DNA of 64,000 nt from Promethearchaeota archaeon (GTDB lineage Archaea > Asgardarchaeota > Lokiarchaeia > Sigyniarchaeales > SOKP01), in NCBI GenBank assembly GCA_019058295.1, contig JAHPZI010000022.1:124316-188315 (forward strand). Reading direction: 5' to 3'. Below are positions 57,769-64,000 of the stretch, piece by piece (within the stretch, counting starts at the first letter, position 1; each line of letters begins with the position of its first letter). The notes beneath the pieces are model-generated. The model was given only the letters and a program-made list of their open reading frames with translations, searched no databases and was not told where the DNA came from. Both the position numbers and the translations under genes were made by a program.

Positions 57769-58737
57769 TTGAATAAGAAAAAGAATGGAAATGCATTAAG
57801 AGATTTCTGGGAAACTTGTATTAAAGGGATGATTATCGTAGTTTTCGGACTATATCTTACTAGATTTAACGTAGGAATGGGTAGATATGAAACAAATATA
57901 TTACTTGGGATAACAGCATATTTATTTCTAGCACTTTCGGGCTTACTGATGGTTAAATACCTTCAAAATTCTGATGAAAAAATATCATTACATGCATTTA
58001 TTATGAGTATCATTATGTATGCCATTGGATTTACCGTGACTTTAATAAATATGGCAGTCTTTAATCTTGATATTCTTATATTAATTCCACTTATAGTAAT
58101 TGGAGGTCTCTGGATAGGACTCAGTCTCTTTGCATTAAAAAAAGATAAAAGTGAGATTGTTATAAAAATTTTAATGTGTCTCTCATTTTCTCTTGGTTTA
58201 ATCTATGGAGCTAGTCTAAATCTTGTAATCTTTCCAATATATGTCTTATTCTTCTTTTTTACTTTCTTTTTTCTTCAATTATCAAGAGAATATATAAAAA
58301 ACGTAAGAGATTTAGAAGAAATAGTAAGAGAAAAGAAGCACAGGATCAAGAACCTGCGTAAAAGAATCAGTTCAAAAAAGTATCAAGCACCAACAAAGGA
58401 CAAAATAAAAAAAAATCTAAAAAAAAGATCAGTCAATATTCGATTAACTAACCCTCAGAGTAAGGAATTATTGAAAAAGTCCATGTTTTCTCAAATTATT
58501 GCAATTGCTCTAGCAGTGGGTATACATTTATCTCTAGTCTTTACCGTCCTATTTAAGGGTATTGCTTATCCTAGGGCGTTTTTATTTATTATGATAATCA
58601 TATATATTCCATTACTTGGCTCGTCTTGTTTATTAACCCGACGTAGCATCTCAAATAATAAAATTCCAAAGAAAGCAGGCTTATTAGTTTCTTTCGGTAT
58701 GTTAGCAATGTTAATGGCAATCTTAATCTCAGTATAA
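57769..58737 (+). CDS. Degenerate UbiA-superfamily (DGGGP-synthase-like) membrane protein
   Basis: Polytopic; 'SREYIKNVRDLE' resembles the 'REIxKDxxDxEGD' motif; the first NDxxD motif is absent. Confidence 0.55.
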   Translation: MNKKKNGNALRDFWETCIKGMIIVVFGLYLTRFNVGMGRYETNILLGITAYLFLALSGLLMVKYLQNSDEKISLHAFIMSIIMYAIGFTVTLINMAVFNLDILILIPLIVIGGLWIGLSLFALKKDKSEIVIKILMCLSFSLGLIYGASLNLVIFPIYVLFFFFTFFFLQLSREYIKNVRDLEEIVREKKHRIKNLRKRISSKKYQAPTKDKIKKNLKKRSVNIRLTNPQSKELLKKSMFSQIIAIALAVGIHLSLVFTVLFKGIAYPRAFLFIMIIIYIPLLGSSCLLTRRSISNNKIPKKAGLLVSFGMLAMLMAILISV

Positions 58738-58787
58738 AGGTTTGATTAACTTTAACACTCAATTTTAATAATTGTTCGCGAACTCAC

Positions 58788-61190
58788 TTAATCCACAAAA
58801 CATGATAAATCCTTTTGAACTGAACTATTTTTATAATCTTTGGTCAATAAGATGTCAAGCTCGGGGAATTCAAAAGGAAAGATGTTTTCAAACGCTCTTT
58901 TTAACAATTCGATGTATTTTTTTTTGTCGTATTGATGTTTCCTTGGGTCGTAAAAGTCTGAAAGGATTACCTTTTTTTCTGGAAAGTTAGGATCGGCTTC
59001 TGCGTTGAGAATAATGTATCGTACATTTTTTCCTGCCGAGGCTACAACCCCAGATCGTTCTAGTTGCCTTGCTGCGACAGCTTGATATGAATTTACTTTG
59101 TAAGCCGAAGGTTTACGAGAGATCCTTTGCTTTATTGTCAGTTCTTCTCTCGATATCTTGCCTGAGAGTATTCGATCCACATATTCAAAGAGTTTTTTTC
59201 TTGCGTTGGGAATTCGATCCATGAATTCTTCAACAGAAGTCGCACCTTTGAACACATCAATAAGTGTATATTGGGCGTCTTTTACGATTTTTGGGATGTC
59301 GCGTCGCCTGACTTCAATGCCTCTTACCTTAAGTTCTCCGTCGCTTTTGATGCCCCAGTAATGACTGAGTGCAGGTATATCAGGTTCTGCCCGGGATGGA
59401 AGGAATACTATTACATTATATCTTCCTTCCCAATTCATGGGAATCCTTGTCTCTTTTGAAATATCTTCGACAATTTTCTTGGTTATCATATCGAATTCTT
59501 CAGGAGGCCTTCCCTTTGTGTCTTTCAGCCATAGAGAGTCCACAATGCCGTGAATAATTCTGCACCCATATCTCTCGGCAATCTCTGCAGCACGCATAAG
59601 AAATTCACGAGCAAAAGCACAGACCGTCTGATGGGCCTCTATCTTCCCAAAGCGGGCGTTTTTAAACCCTAAATACCCAAAACTTACAACAAGCACCCAT
59701 TTCAGAGCAATGTCAGTGAATTTGTATCGAATTTCATCGTGAGTTTTATTATAGTCTTTGTACTGCAACCTTTTTCCCAAAGGTAAGCTGATAGACTCTG
59801 CAATGATACCTCGTCGTTTGGTACAAATGTGAAAATCCAATCCAGGTACTTTAATGCCGGTTCCATCATCCTTACAGCACTTACAGTTTATTGTTTCTGA
59901 AGAGACATTATATTCCGACATTAAAGAAGGATACATTGAAGAATAATCAAGCTCAACCACTTGATCAAACACACCAATTAAAGGCTGGAAGATGTGTCCT
60001 CCCCGGTCTCCATATATCAAATCCATTCCAGACCGAAATCCCTCAGGACTTTTCTTAAACGGAGGGATTAAATGATCGAGCTTATATGCATTGTAGAATT
60101 GAATTGATTGCAATGCTCCGCCGATTGTAATTCGTGCTAATCGTTGGAGAGGGACCCGCGAGATGCGTGCTACTTCAATAACGCCAGGAATGTTTCCTTC
60201 AGTGAAGTGAAGGCTGGCATAAGTGGTCGTGTCCAAATGAAACCTTCCCATAAAATAAACTTGAGTCTTTGAACGACGTCGAATAATTCCATAGGACATA
60301 TAATGGTCAGAACCCCCTGAAAGGTCAAAAAGACAGTTTTTAAGGGGAGTCTTGTCTCGAGATAAGTAAAGATCCTTTGATACGCGATTTTTTGACGCAC
60401 GTGCTACCAAATATGGAAATATGAACTCATCTCCGTTCTGCGTGAGAATTATATCGGGATCGATTTTCTCAATCACTTTACTTATCATTAGCAGATTTTC
60501 TGCCTCGTCAGCCAAATCGATCAGAATTTTGCGCTTTTTGTAGCTATCGGCTCTTGGAACATTGTTTTCATCATTTTCCACAATACTTACTATAGCGTAA
60601 GCAAGAGGGTCGTTGTAGTATGCTCTAATTCCGCGCTTCTGGACTTTAATATCTAACCACACTGCCCTTAACGGAGGCAATTCATAAAATAGTTCTTCAT
60701 TATCGTCCTTCAACTCTAAGGAGGTCAAACGCATAACTTTTTCCTTTTTTCTTTTGTCCCACTCAATTTTCACCGTAAATTTACAGCGAGACATCGGGAA
60801 TATATCGTTTACGTAGAAATACATCTGCGAGATTGGTAGATCCGTATTATAGAGAGTAAAAAGCCCTATTTCGTCGATTTCGCTAATCACTTTTTTGAAT
60901 ACTGAAGGCTTTGACACGGAAACGCCAAAAATTTTCGTTTTCCGATGATCCTCTAACTTCACATATTTTTCACAGATGCGAACACATTTTACTTTTGGAT
61001 GAGACTTTAGAATGTTTTTTAATCTTTTTAAATCGTTGCCAGCGCTTTCATTGGGCACGGCAAAAAATTCAGGGGAAAACTCTTGAAATATCTTCACATT
61101 TTTCCCTTCTTTTTTAACCCAGAGAATTACCCCTTCACTAAAAGTTGAAACATCTAAAAGCCAGCCGTCAAATTGCTCTTGAGAAGCCAA
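58788..61190 (-). CDS. polB2: Family B DNA polymerase, PolB2 group
   Basis: 'DYSSMYPS', 'KWVLVVSFGYLG', 'FGKIEAH', 'HGIVDS' instead of YGDTDS; degenerate exonuclease motifs. Confidence 0.9.
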   Translation of the reverse strand: MASQEQFDGWLLDVSTFSEGVILWVKKEGKNVKIFQEFSPEFFAVPNESAGNDLKRLKNILKSHPKVKCVRICEKYVKLEDHRKTKIFGVSVSKPSVFKKVISEIDEIGLFTLYNTDLPISQMYFYVNDIFPMSRCKFTVKIEWDKRKKEKVMRLTSLELKDDNEELFYELPPLRAVWLDIKVQKRGIRAYYNDPLAYAIVSIVENDENNVPRADSYKKRKILIDLADEAENLLMISKVIEKIDPDIILTQNGDEFIFPYLVARASKNRVSKDLYLSRDKTPLKNCLFDLSGGSDHYMSYGIIRRRSKTQVYFMGRFHLDTTTYASLHFTEGNIPGVIEVARISRVPLQRLARITIGGALQSIQFYNAYKLDHLIPPFKKSPEGFRSGMDLIYGDRGGHIFQPLIGVFDQVVELDYSSMYPSLMSEYNVSSETINCKCCKDDGTGIKVPGLDFHICTKRRGIIAESISLPLGKRLQYKDYNKTHDEIRYKFTDIALKWVLVVSFGYLGFKNARFGKIEAHQTVCAFAREFLMRAAEIAERYGCRIIHGIVDSLWLKDTKGRPPEEFDMITKKIVEDISKETRIPMNWEGRYNVIVFLPSRAEPDIPALSHYWGIKSDGELKVRGIEVRRRDIPKIVKDAQYTLIDVFKGATSVEEFMDRIPNARKKLFEYVDRILSGKISREELTIKQRISRKPSAYKVNSYQAVAARQLERSGVVASAGKNVRYIILNAEADPNFPEKKVILSDFYDPRKHQYDKKKYIELLKRAFENIFPFEFPELDILLTKDYKNSSVQKDLSCFVD

Positions 61191-61191
61191 A

Positions 61192-61461
61192 TTACTTATC
61201 CTTTAATTTTTCTTCCAATTTTTTAATTTTTTTCTCTAAAAACTCGATTTTTTTTTCTTGTTCGACTGCGAAAGACATGAATAATATTTCTGAAAGCATT
61301 GGCCGGGCGCTCAAACTCCCCGCATCGGCGTGAATTCGAGCAAAATTCATTAATTTGTGAAAGAGTTCCTGATCTTCGGGGCGAAGCGCTCTTTTAAAAT
61401 CCTTCCAGCTTTCTATTTCATGTTCTAACGCAGGCCTAAAAGAAGGCACAGTTCTTCCCAT
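61192..61461 (-). CDS. PolB2-associated small helical protein (arCOG07300-like)
   Basis: 'MGRTVPSFR...W..FKRALR.ED...F' directly upstream of polB2. Confidence 0.85.
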   Translation of the reverse strand: MGRTVPSFRPALEHEIESWKDFKRALRPEDQELFHKLMNFARIHADAGSLSARPMLSEILFMSFAVEQEKKIEFLEKKIKKLEEKLKDK

Positions 61462-61485
61462 AATAATTACCAAAAGAAGTAATTT

Positions 61486-61534
61486 GTCATGAAATTTAAA
61501 AAAAAATACGTCGAAAATTTTCTGATTTCATGAC
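61486..61534. promoter_or_regulatory. Inverted repeat GTCATGAAAT-N29-ATTTCATGAC upstream of the PolB2 operon
   Basis: Perfect 10-bp arms straddling the presumed promoter. Confidence 0.5.
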
Positions 61535-61615
61535 TATTTTAATAGAATTAAAAGAGGATTTAAATTATAGAGCTTAATTTAGAGCTCACTTTAGTTTAAT
61601 AAAGAGAATTTGTGA

Positions 61616-62146
61616 TTAGGAAACATTCTTGTTGCTTAGTATTTTTCTTATTAACAGCTCAAAAGATTCGTTTACGTTTTCTCCTGTTAAAGAAGATGTT
61701 TTTAAATAATCAAAATAATTGTCATTTATTTCCAAGACACTTAATACTAGATCGTCAATATCATTTGTGTCCCCGTCGATCATATCATGCTTAGATCCAA
61801 TAATCAATATAGGGATTTCCCCTTGTTGATCTAACAATTCCAACCAAAAATATATATTATCTAAACTGTTAAAGCGCGTTAAATCAAATAAAACTAGGGC
61901 ACCTAAAGTGCCTTCGATCCATTTAGACTTAGGGAAAAGCTTTTTGAATTGTTGCTGGCCTCCTAAATCCCATATAACAAGTTCATAATTCTTATTTTCA
62001 ATTTCAATTTCCTTATAAAAAAATTCAAGACCCCTAGTCATTTGAGTTTCCAAATCAAATTCATCATTAACATACTTATTTAATAGCGTACTTTTCCCAA
62101 CACCGCCATCTCCTGCGATAACTAGTTTGATTACACGATTCGACAT
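61616..62146 (-). CDS. Rab-like small GTPase (Ras superfamily; eukaryotic signature protein)
   Basis: G1 GDGGVGKS, G2 T, G3 WDLGGQ, G4 SKHD, G5 TSS; no C-terminal prenylation Cys. Confidence 0.93.
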   Translation of the reverse strand: MSNRVIKLVIAGDGGVGKSTLLNKYVNDEFDLETQMTRGLEFFYKEIEIENKNYELVIWDLGGQQQFKKLFPKSKWIEGTLGALVLFDLTRFNSLDNIYFWLELLDQQGEIPILIIGSKHDMIDGDTNDIDDLVLSVLEINDNYFDYLKTSSLTGENVNESFELLIRKILSNKNVS

Positions 62147-62367
62147 AAATTAAACCGTCTCTATAAATCTTATACTTTTAAGTAGAAATGATGTAATAAA
62201 TACTTGAATAATATTTTCATTGTTCGTGTCATGGTAATGACAACTAAAAAATTGGATTGATCCTCCTTTTATCTTTTTTGAAATGATGATTTATTTTCCG
62301 TTTTAGATAACTTATTTATAATGAGTAAAAACAATATTTACTATACAATATTTAATAAGATGATTTT

Positions 62368-62781
62368 ATGAGTGATGAACTAAAAAAATGGCACGCTCCT
62401 TGTGGGATCTATTGTAAAAAATGTCCGGGAATAAAGTTCTATAATTGTAAAGGATGCATAGAACAAAAAGGTCAAGTAAAAGATTTTCCAGTATGCAAGA
62501 CTTATGAATGTGTTACTAGTAAAGGGTATGAGTTTTGTTATGAATGTGCAGATTTTCCGTGTGAAATGCTTCAACCTATAGTAAATTTCGAGATTTTTGC
62601 CCCTCATAATTCAAAAGTATACAATCTAATTATGATTCAAAAGCATGGATTAGAAAAATGGAATGAAATTTGCGAAGAAAAGTCAAAATTATATTATGAA
62701 GGAAAGAAAGTTAAGTTCGGTGGCGACCCTTTAACACTTGAAAAAAAAGATCCACGCATATATAAAAAGAAAACAAAATAA
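62368..62781 (+). CDS. DUF3795-like Cys-rich protein
   Basis: 'APCGIYCKKC...CKGC...C..YEC...FCYECADFPC'. Confidence 0.82.
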   Translation: MSDELKKWHAPCGIYCKKCPGIKFYNCKGCIEQKGQVKDFPVCKTYECVTSKGYEFCYECADFPCEMLQPIVNFEIFAPHNSKVYNLIMIQKHGLEKWNEICEEKSKLYYEGKKVKFGGDPLTLEKKDPRIYKKKTK

Positions 62782-62802
62782 ATCCGGCAAGGGATAAGCA
62801 TA

Positions 62803-63906
62803 GTGTCAATTAGCGGAAAACGTGGCTTACCTCGAAATGTTGTTCTCCATTTAACGGAGAATTGCAATCTCAGATGTAAAATGTGTTATTTTTGGGGAGA
62901 AACTGGGGCTTATTCTAGCTCTAAACTTGGAAGAAAACCAATATCATTAGAACTTGAGTTAGTGAAGCAGATTGTACACGATTTAACTCCATCTAAGCCA
63001 TTTTACAGCCTTTTTGGAGGAGAACCTCTCATATACCCCTTTATAGAAGAAGTTATTTGTGCAATTAAAGAAGCAGGATCCATCATAGACACTCCTACTA
63101 ACGGTACATTATTAGCAGAACACGCTAAAATGCTGGTTCGAACGGGTTTCGATTTTGTGAGGGTATCAATTGACGGCCCTCGCGAAATAACAGATGAACT
63201 GCGTGGTAAAGGGAGCCACGATAAAGCTTTTAATGGTATCGAAACTCTTCATGAAGAAAAATTAATAGCTAAGAAAAAAAGACCGTATATCGGTATCCTT
63301 TATACAGTAACTCCCAAAAATTATCTTTCTATTGAGCAATTTTTTCTTGAAGATCTCAACCTATCAACCATTAGCAATGTATCAATCCAGATGCAAAACT
63401 TCCTGACAGACGAGATGGGTAGTAAATACGCAGAAATGATTAGATCTAACTTCGGGATTACTAGCGATAGTTATTGGAAGGGATTTATCAGATCCACTCA
63501 AGATTTTAATGATGTGGATACCATAGAGTTGGCCCACCAAGTCAATAAAGTAGTTAAACACTTAAAAAAAATCGGAAAAATTGTTATACTCGAACCTCCT
63601 ACTTTCTCTCCAGAAAATCTTAAAGCCTATATCGAAGCAAGATGGAATGATATGTCGGACACTTATGGTGGATGTTTAGTGCCTTGGATTGCTGTCGATA
63701 TTACTGCCGCTGGAGATGTAGCTCCTTGCCATGCATTTTACGACCTTATATTAGGAAATCTTTACGAGAATAATATTGAAGAGATATGGAATGGCGAAAA
63801 CTATCAAAAATTCCGGACATATATGCGAAAAAATAAATTAATGTCTATTTGTCCTGGATGTTGCATCCTTTATTTAGCGGGAAAGAAAAAAAGGAAAAAA
63901 GAATAG
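62803..63906 (+). CDS. Radical SAM protein with SPASM/twitch domain
   Basis: 'CNLRCKMC', 'GGEP', 'TNG', 'SIDG', 'CLVPW...GDVAPC...CPGCC'. Confidence 0.92.
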   Translation: MSISGKRGLPRNVVLHLTENCNLRCKMCYFWGETGAYSSSKLGRKPISLELELVKQIVHDLTPSKPFYSLFGGEPLIYPFIEEVICAIKEAGSIIDTPTNGTLLAEHAKMLVRTGFDFVRVSIDGPREITDELRGKGSHDKAFNGIETLHEEKLIAKKKRPYIGILYTVTPKNYLSIEQFFLEDLNLSTISNVSIQMQNFLTDEMGSKYAEMIRSNFGITSDSYWKGFIRSTQDFNDVDTIELAHQVNKVVKHLKKIGKIVILEPPTFSPENLKAYIEARWNDMSDTYGGCLVPWIAVDITAAGDVAPCHAFYDLILGNLYENNIEEIWNGENYQKFRTYMRKNKLMSICPGCCILYLAGKKKRKKE

Positions 63907-63918
63907 GAATTTTTTAAC

Positions 63919-64000
63919 CTAGAACCAACAATCCAAGGTCGTATTTTTCGTAGGATTTGACAGCTTCCTTTTAGAGGTTCGGGGTTTCCATTTTAAAAGC
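63919..64000 (-). CDS. 3' end (partial) of a minus-strand gene entering from the right edge
   Basis: Open frame ...LLKWKPRTSKRKLSNPTKNTTLDCWF* ending in a PIP-box-like tail. Confidence 0.4.
   Translation of the reverse strand, partial: LLKWKPRTSKRKLSNPTKNTTLDCWF

Noticed and set aside
58788-61190. PolB as a casposon or viral protein-primed polymerase
   Set aside because: Motifs and partner gene are those of cellular PolB2; no Cas1, capsid gene or terminal inverted repeats.
1253-62607. Numerous short antisense or overlapping ORFs in the track (e.g. 1253-1582, 2395-2718, 24797-25288, 42883-43260, 59158-59557)
   Set aside because: They overlap well-supported genes on the opposite strand or in another frame and show no protein-like motifs.

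Overview
AT-rich archaeal chromosomal segment, almost certainly from an Asgard archaeon (Lokiarchaeia-like). The evidence is archaeal CODH/ACS subunits, tetraether synthase, PolB1/PolB2, a Rab-like small GTPase, a longin-like domain, Loki-CTERM-type surface proteins, GGTGA/GGAG ribosome-binding sites and a BHB-intron tRNA. Left to right: cooT and cdhB-cdhC; a HeH-SWIM-OB protein; pncB; an ~8.6 kb block with two paralogous beta-helix surface proteins flanking a wHTH regulator and a multi-TM/longin-like protein, bounded on the right by what looks like a relic of the pncB 3' end; tes plus a CTP-dependent lipid kinase; an Fe-S protein; a regulated FAD/CCG/FAD oxidoreductase triad; polB1; tldE/tldD; tRNA-Thr(UGU) with an intron at non-canonical position 45/46; a large phosphate/oxyanion locus (alkaline-phosphatase-superfamily enzyme, PiT, three DUF47, ArsC, AbrB-PhoU and a non-Pst ABC importer with one degenerate ATPase); thioesterase, GPH transporter, aminotransferase, two GH4 enzymes, pirin, a lyase-like secreted protein and a degenerate UbiA; a PolB2 module; a small GTPase; DUF3795; and a radical SAM/SPASM protein. 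Best candidates for new biology: (1) the pncB-anchored surface-protein/7TM-longin/wHTH cassette with its conserved promoter and 3' RNA elements, (2) the non-Pst PhoU-linked ABC system, (3) three genes that appear to start at AUU/AUC/AUA, and (4) a candidate RNA switch at 51.1-51.3 kb. All family calls are from motif recognition by eye; no searches were run.
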